Assembly (NCBI GenBank): GCA_016182655.1
Contig: JACPGB010000024.1
Coordinates: forward strand, 30,549-94,548
DNA: 64,000 bases
Direction of reading: 5' to 3'
From: Deltaproteobacteria bacterium
Lineage (GTDB): Bacteria > Desulfobacterota > GWC2-55-46
The notes under the pieces were generated by a model that made no database searches, was not told where the DNA came from, and saw nothing but the letters and a program-made list of their open reading frames with translations. Positions 10,069 through 18,319 of the stretch are shown in pieces; the first letter of the stretch is position 1, and every line of letters begins with the position of its first letter. A program made the position numbers and the translations under genes.

Positions 10069-10191
10069 TCATGCCTTAACCCATATCGCAAAGGCTTTGA
10101 GTCCGCGCTCGTAAGCGTAGATACGCCTACCGCTACGAGTGGTTATGTAGGCTACAAAAATGAGCTTGTAGCCAGGTCTGCCCTGTCTCAT
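10069..10191 (-). CDS. Unannotated 40-aa basic peptide MRQGRPGYKLIFVAYITTRSGRRIYAYERGLKAFAIWVKA
   Basis: AAAGGAGG SD 10 nt before the ATG, TGA stop directly followed by a terminator; below the ORF-track size cut-off. Confidence 0.75.
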   Translation of the reverse strand: MRQGRPGYKLIFVAYITTRSGRRIYAYERGLKAFAIWVKA

Positions 10192-10224
10192 ACGGCCCTA
10201 TCCTCCTTTCTTCGAGATAGGGCC

Positions 10225-10254
10225 TTGACAAGAAATTTCCTAAAGTGCTATAAT
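10225..10254 (+). promoter_or_regulatory. Consensus sigma70 promoter firing antisense across the tRNA-like element
   Basis: TTGACA-18 nt-TATAAT with TGn extended -10. Confidence 0.8.
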
Positions 10255-10262
10255 TTCGGCGT

Positions 10263-10290
10263 GTGATAGCACTAAGGGCCTTCTTGTCAA
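10263..10290 (-). promoter_or_regulatory. Second, facing sigma70-like promoter pointing at the peptide ORF
   Basis: TTGACA-16 nt-TATCAC on the minus strand, mirror image of the plus-strand promoter. Confidence 0.45.
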
Positions 10291-10300
10291 GGCCCGTAAA

Positions 10301-10376
10301 TGGTCCCCCTGCCGGGATTCAAACCCGGAACACAGCGTTTAGTAGGCGCGCGCTCTATTCATTGAGCTACAGGGGG
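10301..10376 (-). tRNA. Degenerate tRNA / tRNA-like element (Arg-type scaffold, anticodon ACT)
   Basis: CCCCCTG/CAGGGGG acceptor + A + CCA; D-arm GCTC-AATGAATA-GAGC; T-arm CCGGG-TTTGAAT-CCCGG; anticodon loop CTACTAA with two stem mismatches; 76 nt. Confidence 0.8.
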
Positions 10377-10384
10377 TAAGTATC

Positions 10385-10424
10385 AGAAGAAGGCTCTGCC
10401 TGCCAGCAGGGCCTTCTTCTTTTT
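10385..10424 (+). terminator. Intrinsic terminator, stronger on plus, possibly bidirectional
   Basis: AGAAGAAGGCTCTGC-ctgcca-GCAGGGCCTTCTTCT-TTTT. Confidence 0.8.
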
Positions 10425-11130
10425 ATCCCTTCTTGCGGCTATCCATAAGCTCCTTAAATCCGTCAAACCATTTTGCCTTCACTTCATCTGGCCAAACAGG
10501 ATCAAATTCCGGGAATTTTGCTAACAAGAGCTGTTCCCAAGTTTGAGTGGCTACCTGACTCGATAATGGCTGACTTTCATATGGTTGCGGCGGTGGTGTC
10601 GAAGGTAGCTCAGATTTTGCCTTCGAATTTCTTTCCAAACCGCTCCGTTTGGGCGCACTACGCACGCTTGTTGCCTTTACTTTAATGTGCGGTGACAGCT
10701 CGACCCCCGCCTCCTTGGAAATTGCAACAAAAAAGGCTATGCACTTGCGAACAGTTCCTCCTGTAATGCCTCCAGCATTCTCGAATAGCTCTTGTAAGTG
10801 CTTAGAGGTTATACGCGTGAGGTCAATGTCATTCTCAAACAAAAATGGATACGCTGTTTTGACAATATCGTGAAGATTTTTTACTCTACTCGGCCCCTCG
10901 GAATTAACCAAGTTTTTTAATCCCTCCGTCGGAATTCCATTTGGAGAAATTAAGCCAAGGTATTTAAGCGTAGATAAAAGCTGTGCCTGCGCCGCTCCTG
11001 AAAATGAGCCCATAAGGCTTCGGTCAATACGCGATGGCACGCCCACCTTCAACCTTTCAATAAAATTAGAAAAGGTTTTATAAGGTAAGTACGGTGGGAT
11101 AGATTTTTTTTCTTCTCCGGCTTCTGTCAT
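10423..11130 (-). CDS. DUF5343-like protein (235 aa from MTEAGEEKK)
   Basis: GGAGG SD before ATG 11130; PPY..TF..FI..LK..P.RIDRS..LKYLGLI..G.PT pattern recalled for DUF5343; C-terminal KFPEFDP.W..WF. Confidence 0.65.
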   Translation of the reverse strand: MTEAGEEKKSIPPYLPYKTFSNFIERLKVGVPSRIDRSLMGSFSGAAQAQLLSTLKYLGLISPNGIPTEGLKNLVNSEGPSRVKNLHDIVKTAYPFLFENDIDLTRITSKHLQELFENAGGITGGTVRKCIAFFVAISKEAGVELSPHIKVKATSVRSAPKRSGLERNSKAKSELPSTPPPQPYESQPLSSQVATQTWEQLLLAKFPEFDPVWPDEVKAKWFDGFKELMDSRKKG

Positions 11131-11184
11131 GGCAACCCTCCGCTCTGTGGAATGTCTCATTCCTATTCCATTCCTATTCCATTC

Positions 11185-11214
11185 CATCTTACTCATTCCA
11201 CATACCCGAGTCAA
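11185..11214 (-). promoter_or_regulatory. Putative sigma70 promoter of the DUF5343-like gene, embedded in GGAAT repeats
   Basis: TTGACT-18 nt-TAAGAT, followed by GGAATGGAATAGGAATGGAATAGGAAT. Confidence 0.55.
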
Positions 11215-11291
11215 GGGGAAATTATCCCGAGTCCGATTTTTTTTGAAAATGCAATTTAATTCTTATAAAATATAAGAAAAACGAGGTTTAT

Positions 11292-11528
11292 ATGAAGGGT
11301 TATCTTGTTATTCTTAGGGATTTTGGAGGGGAACCGATATTAATGCGTATATGGGATTATGATTAGAGCGCTGTTTATGTTACCAAAGTTTCTATTGAAA
11401 ATAAGGGGAATGTGCTCGTATCAATCGGTTTTCCATATGATGATGTATTTAGACATGAACCAGAATTGGCTAAAACAATAGAACAAAAAAAATGGGATTG
11501 AGGAAAATTGACTCGATTAGCGTTTTAA
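11292..11528 (+). pseudogene. Small hypothetical gene with two in-frame stops
   Basis: GAGG SD; MKGYLVILRDFGGEPILMRIWDYD*SAVYV...IGFPYDDVFRHEPE...KWD*GKLTRLAF*; TAG at 11364 and TGA at 11499, each one change from GAG/TGG. Confidence 0.55.
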
Positions 11529-11772
11529 GTTTTCTTTCCCCATCTTGTTTTAGCCGCTTTTTGAGCGATTTCTTTACGCTTTTTTGCAGATAGCTTCTCA
11601 GCACGTTGCCGCCCTTTAGTCCTCCCAATCTCCCCAAGGCCACGGCGGCAGGATTCTTTTCTGGCTTACCCTCAGTAGTGTTTTTTTTCTCTTCAGGCTC
11701 TTCTTTTGTAGCTTCTGAGACTATAAAGGAGGCGAGCTTGTTTATATCTGTGATTTTCTTTTTCTTGTCCAT
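11525..11772 (-). pseudogene. Frameshifted small basic (histone H1-like) protein of the KNPAAVALGRLGGLKGG type
   Basis: After GGLKGG the expected continuation (A)RAEKLSAKKRKEIAQKAAKTRWGKKT* lies in another frame, consistent with a 4-bp deletion near 11606. Confidence 0.7.
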
Positions 11773-11892
11773 GCTTCAAGTATAGAATAACCGCTCAAGC
11801 AAGGAAAATAGAAAGGAAATTCAAAATGACCCACTACCGTCCGGCGAGGACCCTTGCCATCCCCTGTCCTTCTGTCTTATAATCCTGAAGAT

Positions 11893-13023
11893 ATGTCCAG
11901 TGTCTCCATAACAAGATGCGCCTCCTACGAAACCCAGGAGGCATACAGGGCCATAAAGGAATCGATAGACCTTTTGGGCGGCATGGAGAGGTTCGTCTCA
12001 AGGGGCGAGCGCATACTACTTAAACCCAACCTCCTTGCCGGAAAGCCGCCCGAGACCGCCGTTACGACGCACCCCGAGGTCGTCCGGGCGATCATAAGGC
12101 TTGTGAAAGAGGCGGGCGGCGTACCTATCGTAGGCGATAGCCCCGGGCTCGGAACAGCGTTGAAGGTCGCGGACAAATGCGGCGTGGCCTCCGTATGCAG
12201 GGAAGAGGGTGTTGAGCTTATAGACCTTAAGACCCTGGTCGTCGCCGAGAACCCCGGCGGCCTCACGTTCAAGCGGCTCGAGGTGGCTAAAGAGGCGCTC
12301 GATTGCGACGGCATCATAAACATCCCGAAGCTCAAGACCCACGCCCAGATGTTCCTTACTTTAGGCGTCAAGAACCTCTTCGGGTGCGTACCGGGGAAAT
12401 TGAAACCCCAGTGGCACTTATCCGCGGGTGTGGAGAGCTCTCACTTTGCCGCGATGCTCCTCGACCTCTACTCGTTCCTGAAACCCAGGCTTACAGTGAT
12501 GGACGGCATAGTCGGCATGGAGGGCAACGGCCCCGGCGCTGGCGACCCGAGGGAAATAGGGCTTGTGTTCGCAAGCGCGGACGCCGTTGCGCTCGATACC
12601 GTCGCGACAATAGTCCTCGGGGCCGATCCGCATGACCTCCCCCTCCTCAAGGCCGCCTCGATAAGGGGGCTTAAGACCGATATTAACGGGATAGAGGTGC
12701 TCGGCGAAGAGGTATCAAACGTCAAGGTCCACGGGTTCAAGCTCCCGCCGCTCGTATCGCTCAATTTCGCCGACAGGCTCCCGTACTTTCTGGACAAGAG
12801 GCTCAGGCGCGCGCTCACCTCGCGCCCGTCCGTCGAGCGGGCGAAATGCACGCTCTGCAATATCTGCGTACAGGTCTGCCCCGCCGAGGTAATGGCAAAG
12901 ACCGACGGGATATCAATAGACTACGACAGGTGCATCAGGTGCTACTGTTGCCAGGAGATGTGCCCCGAGGGGGCGATCTCCCCGGTCGACGGGTGGCTTA
13001 AGCGCATCATCCCGGGGTTTTAG
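11893..13023 (+). CDS. DUF362 protein with C-terminal 2x[4Fe-4S] ferredoxin domain
   Basis: ILLKPNLL..TTHP..PKLKTH..KNLFG; CTLCNICVQVCP and CIRCYCCQEMCP; start placed at ATG 11893 after TTGCCA-18-TATAAT. Confidence 0.9.
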   Translation: MSSVSITRCASYETQEAYRAIKESIDLLGGMERFVSRGERILLKPNLLAGKPPETAVTTHPEVVRAIIRLVKEAGGVPIVGDSPGLGTALKVADKCGVASVCREEGVELIDLKTLVVAENPGGLTFKRLEVAKEALDCDGIINIPKLKTHAQMFLTLGVKNLFGCVPGKLKPQWHLSAGVESSHFAAMLLDLYSFLKPRLTVMDGIVGMEGNGPGAGDPREIGLVFASADAVALDTVATIVLGADPHDLPLLKAASIRGLKTDINGIEVLGEEVSNVKVHGFKLPPLVSLNFADRLPYFLDKRLRRALTSRPSVERAKCTLCNICVQVCPAEVMAKTDGISIDYDRCIRCYCCQEMCPEGAISPVDGWLKRIIPGF

Positions 13024-13129
13024 GCCTTCTCTCGATTCAGGTTGCGCGGCGGTTTTTTCTGCTATATACTCGAATGATTCATGAGGTTAATCGAGGCCTT
13101 CACTGCAAATCCACGACAAGAGCATCAAT

Positions 13130-13822
13130 ATGAAAGGTAAAAAGTCCTGCTTCGTAAAACTGCGGCGCGTTGTCCCGCTCTCATCCCTGTTATTATCGAC
13201 CACCCTTGCGCTTACGGCGGTTGCGGCGGTTGCCGAGAAAGACACGCTTAAGGTCCCTATCGTCTCCTCCCCTAAAGGGCCCCAGGGCTGGAAGCTCAAG
13301 GAATGGAAGGGCAAGGCCGACTTTGAGGTCGTCGAGACCGAGGCGAGCACGGCTTTTCACTTGAAGAGCGCGTCGACCTCCACGGCCCTCTATAAAGAGG
13401 TCAAGTTCGATATAAGGGACTACCCGGTTCTCAACTGGAGCTGGAAGGCCGTGGAGCTCCCGGCAGGCGGGGACGTCCGAAGGAAGTCCGCCGACGACCA
13501 GGCCGCGCAGGTATATGTCGTCTTCCCGAAGTGGCCCGCGCCCGTGAACAGCAGGGTCATCGGCTACATTTGGGACACGAGCGCGCCGGCGGGGGTGTCT
13601 ATCCCGTCCACAAAATCGTCGTACACCAAGTACGTCGTCGTAAGGAGCGGAAACAGCGGCCTCAACAAGTGGCTCACGGAAAAGAGGGACGTCTACCAGG
13701 ACTACAAAAGGCTCTTCAAGGAAGACCCTCCGAAGGTCGGCTCCGTATCCGTGATGATAGACTCGGACGACACAAAGACCTCCGCTGAATCATTCGTCGG
13801 CAACATCTATTTTTCGAAGTAA
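13130..13822 (+). CDS. DUF3047 exported protein
   Basis: Signal peptide; YPVLNWSWK, DDQAAQVYVVF, IDSDDT. Confidence 0.8.
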   Translation: MKGKKSCFVKLRRVVPLSSLLLSTTLALTAVAAVAEKDTLKVPIVSSPKGPQGWKLKEWKGKADFEVVETEASTAFHLKSASTSTALYKEVKFDIRDYPVLNWSWKAVELPAGGDVRRKSADDQAAQVYVVFPKWPAPVNSRVIGYIWDTSAPAGVSIPSTKSSYTKYVVVRSGNSGLNKWLTEKRDVYQDYKRLFKEDPPKVGSVSVMIDSDDTKTSAESFVGNIYFSK

Positions 13823-13908
13823 CCCCGCCTTCCTCCGTCCAATTTCTGGTATGCTGAAGAACAGGATTCTGAAACGTTTCGGACCAATCTGACCGACCCG
13901 GAGCGCCG

Positions 13909-16900
13909 GTGACAAAGGACGACCTTACCAAAAAGAGGCGCAAATACGCATATATATTCGCGGCGGTCCTCGTGCCCCTCGTCGCGGGGGTGACCTACCT
14001 CGCCTCAACGACCGTAGACCTTACGCGCTACAAGGCCCGCATCATACCCATTCTCTCATCCAGGGTCGAAGGCACGGTCTCGTTCGACACCATATCGATA
14101 AAGTTCCTACCCTCGCCGGATATCAGGTTGACGAACCTCAAGGCCTCGGGGGCCGAAGGAGAACTCATCTCGGCCCGCTCTTTAAGGCTCCACGCCGCGC
14201 TCCTGCCGTTCCTTTCAGGCAAGACGGTCTTTAAGGACGTCGAGGCCGACGGCATGGCCCTCTTCGTAAAGAGGTATCCGAACGGAGACCTGAATATCAG
14301 GAGGTTCTTCAGGATAGAAGAGGTTAAAAAAGAGGAAGGCAAGGAGATACGGGTAGAGCGAGAGACTAAAGGAAAGGTAAGGGAAAAGAAGCTCGCTATA
14401 CAGTCCCTGAGGATAGCCGACGGGTTCGTGAAATACGTCGACGAGAAGCCCTCAAGACCCGCAACTTTCGAGTTCTCGTCCATAAACGCTTCCTCATACG
14501 ATACGGGCCAAGGGGTCGTCTACCAGGCCGTGGCCGACCTTAACGGCTCTCCGGTATCCATCTCAGGGGTCGAGAAAGGCGGTATCGTGAAATGGGCGGG
14601 TACGGTAAAAGGCCTCCCACTATCCGTCGTTGACCCTTACTTAGCAAAAAACCATGTATCCCTCACCGGCAACGGCGACATCTTCATCTCCTACGATTCA
14701 GGGCTCGTAAACCCGATAAACGCGATAGTATTCGCGAACGGCTTGAAGATATCCCACCCAAAGCTCGCTTCCCCTTTATCCGTCACGAGGGCGTCGGCCA
14801 AGGTCGAGGTCTCTTCCGGGAACGGCAGGAGGAATATATTCGTAAGGGACGCGCTTTTCAAGGTCGCGTCCTCTTTCGTCAAGGGCTCGTACAGCGTCTC
14901 TGGTGCCGCGGATGAGCGGGAGTTCTCTCTGGAGGCCGCAACCACCCCCGTAAGGTTTGACTACCTCAAGTCCATCGTCCCTTCAAAGGCCTTGAAGGGA
15001 GGGGCCGAGCGCGCGTTCAACGACCTCTCCCCCGCGAATGGGACTATAACCGTCCGAGAGCTGACGGCGCGCGGCCTCACCAGCGAGCTTAAGGGCGGGA
15101 AGGCCTTCAAAAAGCCGGGGGCCGTGACACTGTCGGCCTCGATCGACGGCCTCGCCTTTATGTATAAGGGGCTCAAGCACCCGGTATCCGGCGTATACGG
15201 CTCGGTCATTGTAAGGAACAACGCGCTCAAGCTCGAAGGCTTTCGCGGGAGCTACGGGAAAGAGACGCTAAGGGACTTTGAGGGTTTCGTAAAGGACCTG
15301 ACCGGCAAGATGGAGTACGAGTTCTCTCTGGACGCGGGATTGGACGCGGGGGAGTCGATAGAGCTCGCAAAAGACCTCGTAAAGTCGCCGAAGGCGCAAG
15401 ACGCGCTCGGGAAACTTGAGGCAGGGGGCGCGATAGACCTTGACGCGAAGGCATGGGGGTCTTTCAGATCAAAGGCCCCTCCGAGGTACTCGGGCGCCCT
15501 CGCCTTCCGGGACGGCTGGCTCTCCTACGAGGGCGCGCCGCGCATAAGTGAAGCGAGCGCGTCGATTGCTTTCGACGATAAAAAAGCGGATATCGAATCG
15601 ATGTACTTTAGCGACGGCCTCTCTTCCCTCAAGCTCACCGGCTCTGTCGAGGACTACAGCGGAGGCGACCCCTTCGTCGACCTCGCGCTTTCCGCCGTCG
15701 TCTCGGGCGGGACTATCGACAATGCCCCGGCGCTCGAAAAAATAAGACAAGACCTCTTTATAAAGGGAGAGGCCGCGCTCGATGCAAATATTATCGGACG
15801 CAAGGGCTCGTTCCTTGCCAAGGCCTCGCTCGACACCCTCCATGCCGGGATAGAGTACAAAAAATACCTGCGTAAAGAAGAAGACTACCCGCTCGCGATA
15901 GACGCCGAAATCTCATTCGAAGGGAAGATGCTCGGCATTAAAGGCCTCTCCCTCGCCTTCGGGTCGTCCCGTGCCGATGTGTCGGGGAAGACGTCCCTGG
16001 ACATGAAGGATTACGAGCTCTCAATGCTGTCAAGGGACTTGAAGATAGCGGACCTCGACGACGTCTCGCCGCTTTTAGATAAGGACTTCGAAAGCTCGGG
16101 CCTCCTCTCCTTCATGATAAAGGCGACAAAGGCCGCGGGGAAGGAAAGGCCGGTAATAGAGGGTGACATAAGGGTCGAGGACGCGCGGTTCCAGTCGCCG
16201 TACATCGCGAAACCCGTCGAAAAGATAAAGGCCTCGGCATTTTTCAAGGGGAACAAGGGGAAGGTCTTTCTCGACAAGCTCGTCGTGGGAGAGACAGAGC
16301 TATCCGGCTACATGGAAGTCCCGGACATAGAGGGCAGGAGGGTAGATTTCACGCTCGACTCCCCGCGCCTGCTCACAACCGACTTCATCGTAAAGAAAAA
16401 AAAGGATGCGGACGAAGATGAAAAGCCCGAAGCGCCTAAGGAGGAGAAGGCGATCGAGCCGCTCCCTGTAACCGGCTCGGGCAGGATCAGGATAGCCGAG
16501 GGCGCGCTTGGGAACCACCCGTTCACCGACCTGAAGATGGATATAAGGCTCGAGCCCGAGGCGATAGTCGTCGAGCCGTTCGCCGCCGAAATTGACTATG
16601 GCTCCATATTCGGCAAGGCCGAGTTTCTGCGCGGCAAGGACGAGCCGCTCTCGTTCAGGGCCGACGCCGAGTTCTCCAAGATAAAGCTCGAAAGGCTCAT
16701 CTCGGGCTTCGGCGCCAAAAAAACAGTCCTCTCCGGCGACCTCAAGGGCGCGATAGCGCTTACCGGCAAACGGGGCGCCCATCCCTTCGCAAGCGGACTT
16801 AACGGCTCAGGTAAGCTCAAGGCCGACAGGGGCCGCCTCTGGAAGTTCCCGTTCCTCTCAAGCATATTCTCGGTCGTGAACATACTCTCAATAGACGAGG

Positions 16901-17289
16901 CCTTCAGGGAAGGGCTCCAGTACAAGACGCTCGGCGGCGACTTCAAGATGAAGGACGGGGTGCTCACTACCGAGAACCTCGCGCTCGACAGCGACACGCT
17001 CCGGATGTCGGCGGCTGGAGATATAGACGTACCTGACAGGCACATCGACGCCTTGCTTGCACTCCACCCTTTTGTTACCATAGACAAGATAATCTCCTCC
17101 ATACCGCTCGCGGGCTGGATAATCACGGGCAAGGACAAGTCGACCGTCTCGATGTACTTCGCGGTGGAGGGGCCGCTTAAAAAACCGGACGTAGACCCGG
17201 TGCCGATAAAGAGCATCAGCGACCCGGTCCTGGGCATCCTCGAAAGGCTCATCGAGGCGCCGGGAGAAATAATCCAGGAGATAAAGTAG
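13909..17289 (+). CDS. AsmA-like (bridge-like lipid transfer family) protein
   Basis: N-terminal TM anchor, AsmA-like N-terminus, beta-rich repeats, AsmA_2-like C-terminus (IPLAGWIITG..F.VEGPL..P.V). Confidence 0.8.
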   Translation: MTKDDLTKKRRKYAYIFAAVLVPLVAGVTYLASTTVDLTRYKARIIPILSSRVEGTVSFDTISIKFLPSPDIRLTNLKASGAEGELISARSLRLHAALLPFLSGKTVFKDVEADGMALFVKRYPNGDLNIRRFFRIEEVKKEEGKEIRVERETKGKVREKKLAIQSLRIADGFVKYVDEKPSRPATFEFSSINASSYDTGQGVVYQAVADLNGSPVSISGVEKGGIVKWAGTVKGLPLSVVDPYLAKNHVSLTGNGDIFISYDSGLVNPINAIVFANGLKISHPKLASPLSVTRASAKVEVSSGNGRRNIFVRDALFKVASSFVKGSYSVSGAADEREFSLEAATTPVRFDYLKSIVPSKALKGGAERAFNDLSPANGTITVRELTARGLTSELKGGKAFKKPGAVTLSASIDGLAFMYKGLKHPVSGVYGSVIVRNNALKLEGFRGSYGKETLRDFEGFVKDLTGKMEYEFSLDAGLDAGESIELAKDLVKSPKAQDALGKLEAGGAIDLDAKAWGSFRSKAPPRYSGALAFRDGWLSYEGAPRISEASASIAFDDKKADIESMYFSDGLSSLKLTGSVEDYSGGDPFVDLALSAVVSGGTIDNAPALEKIRQDLFIKGEAALDANIIGRKGSFLAKASLDTLHAGIEYKKYLRKEEDYPLAIDAEISFEGKMLGIKGLSLAFGSSRADVSGKTSLDMKDYELSMLSRDLKIADLDDVSPLLDKDFESSGLLSFMIKATKAAGKERPVIEGDIRVEDARFQSPYIAKPVEKIKASAFFKGNKGKVFLDKLVVGETELSGYMEVPDIEGRRVDFTLDSPRLLTTDFIVKKKKDADEDEKPEAPKEEKAIEPLPVTGSGRIRIAEGALGNHPFTDLKMDIRLEPEAIVVEPFAAEIDYGSIFGKAEFLRGKDEPLSFRADAEFSKIKLERLISGFGAKKTVLSGDLKGAIALTGKRGAHPFASGLNGSGKLKADRGRLWKFPFLSSIFSVVNILSIDEAFREGLQYKTLGGDFKMKDGVLTTENLALDSDTLRMSAAGDIDVPDRHIDALLALHPFVTIDKIISSIPLAGWIITGKDKSTVSMYFAVEGPLKKPDVDPVPIKSISDPVLGILERLIEAPGEIIQEIK

Positions 17290-18042
17290 ATGTGCGAGGG
17301 AAAGGGCTACTGGAACAGGCTCAAGGCCGAATGGTACAGGAGGGGGCTCGACTACTCGACTCTGCCTGAAGTCGCGCTATCCTTCATCCTGCCGAGGACG
17401 GAAGACTCTAAGACCTTCCTCGACGTCGGCTCCGGATGCGGGACGCTCTCCTTGCCGCTCGCAAGGGCCGGAAAAAAAGTGACGGCCCTCGACCCCTCGA
17501 AGGCGATGATAGAGATACTGGAGCGCGACGCCAGGGATGCGGGGCTTAAAGTAAACACGATTATTGCGCCCTGGAATGAGGCCTCTTTAAAGCCCCACGA
17601 CGCGATCATATGCGCCAATGTGCCGCAGTTGCTGAAAGAGCCGAGGAAGTTTATAGAGGAGGCCGTGCCGCTTGCGAAAAAGGCCGTATTCTTGATCGAG
17701 AACGCGGACCCTAAGGCGGACAAGTTCTACTACAGGGAATTGTACCCGCTCCTCTTCGGGAAGCCCTTCGGCGAGAGGACCGATTACATAAAGACATATA
17801 ACACCCTGCACGATATGTCCATCTTCGCCAATGTCGAGATAATCGACTACGACTTCGACCAGCCCTTCATCGATATCGACGAGGCCGTCTCGTTCTGGAA
17901 GGAGTACATAGGCATTGTGACGGAGGAGCACGACGGGAAGCTCCGTGGTTTTTTGGAGAAGAAGCTCGTGAAGAAGAAGGGCATGCTCTTCGCCAAATTC
18001 CATAAGAAGTCGGCAATCACGTGGTGGAGGAAGGAGAAGTAA
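17290..18042 (+). CDS. Class I SAM-dependent methyltransferase
   Basis: FLDVGSGCG, VTALDPSKAM. Confidence 0.85.
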   Translation: MCEGKGYWNRLKAEWYRRGLDYSTLPEVALSFILPRTEDSKTFLDVGSGCGTLSLPLARAGKKVTALDPSKAMIEILERDARDAGLKVNTIIAPWNEASLKPHDAIICANVPQLLKEPRKFIEEAVPLAKKAVFLIENADPKADKFYYRELYPLLFGKPFGERTDYIKTYNTLHDMSIFANVEIIDYDFDQPFIDIDEAVSFWKEYIGIVTEEHDGKLRGFLEKKLVKKKGMLFAKFHKKSAITWWRKEK

Positions 18043-18071
18043 AAGGAGGTAAGCTCCGCCCACCGCAAACT

Positions 18072-18103
18072 GTCATTCCCGCGTGCTTCAAGCGGGAATC
18101 CAG
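18072..18103. repeat. REP-like hairpin GTCATTCCCGC...GCGGGAATCCAG
   Basis: ATTCCCGC-gtgcttcaa-GCGGGAAT palindrome of the common ATTCCC/GGGAAT class. Confidence 0.7.
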
Positions 18104-18165
18104 TTTCAGTATTTTCCTTCTTGGTGGAAGAGAAGGGTGAAGACATTTTCGTGGTGATGAAAAGA

Positions 18166-18267
18166 AATACGACCTCCCCAGCCCCTCCTTGGTAAGGAGG
18201 GGACCAGAAACATATGCGAGGTTTTATCTCCTCCCCTTAACAAGGGGAGGCTGGGAGGGGTCGTATT
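18166..18267. repeat. CCCCTCC/GGAGGGG-type REP doublet
   Basis: Two inverted units; nearly the same as 46542-46624. Confidence 0.85.
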
Positions 18268-18287
18268 AATCGTCTCTTTGATTCCGC

Positions 18288-18319
18288 GCAGGTTGAGCTG
18301 AGCGCAGCGAAGCCCAACA
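18288..18319 (+). repeat. GTAG-type REP (degenerate)
   Basis: GCAGGTTGAGCTGAGCGCAGCGAAGCCCAACA, similar to 19560-19590. Confidence 0.65.

Larger units (their letters stand above)
10261..10425 (+). ncRNA. Predicted ~160-nt antisense RNA
   Basis: Bounded by the consensus promoter (10225-10254) and a plus-strand terminator (10385-10424); complementary to the tRNA-like element and leader. Confidence 0.55.
9935..11838. mobile_element. AT-rich non-autonomous island with an IS1-like terminal repeat at its right end; no transposase
   Basis: Abrupt drop in GC. Right end reads GGTAGTGGGTCATTTTGAATTTC on the minus strand (11838-11816), resembling IS1-family ends as recalled, not searched. Left end is degenerate and its position approximate. 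Confidence 0.6.

Noticed and set aside
10301-10376. Functional tRNA-Ser(ACT), or tRNA used as an integration site
   Set aside because: Lacks the long variable arm and has mismatches; it lies inside the island, no duplicated 3' end was seen, and no integrase is present
11159-11185. CRISPR array or iteron origin
   Set aside because: Only 5-6-bp units without spacers; no cas or rep genes, and no CRISPR array was seen anywhere in the window
11364-11501. Stop-codon recoding (pyrrolysine/selenocysteine) in the 11292 ORF
   Set aside because: Two different stops plus a frameshifted neighbour point to decay; no SECIS-like hairpin is evident
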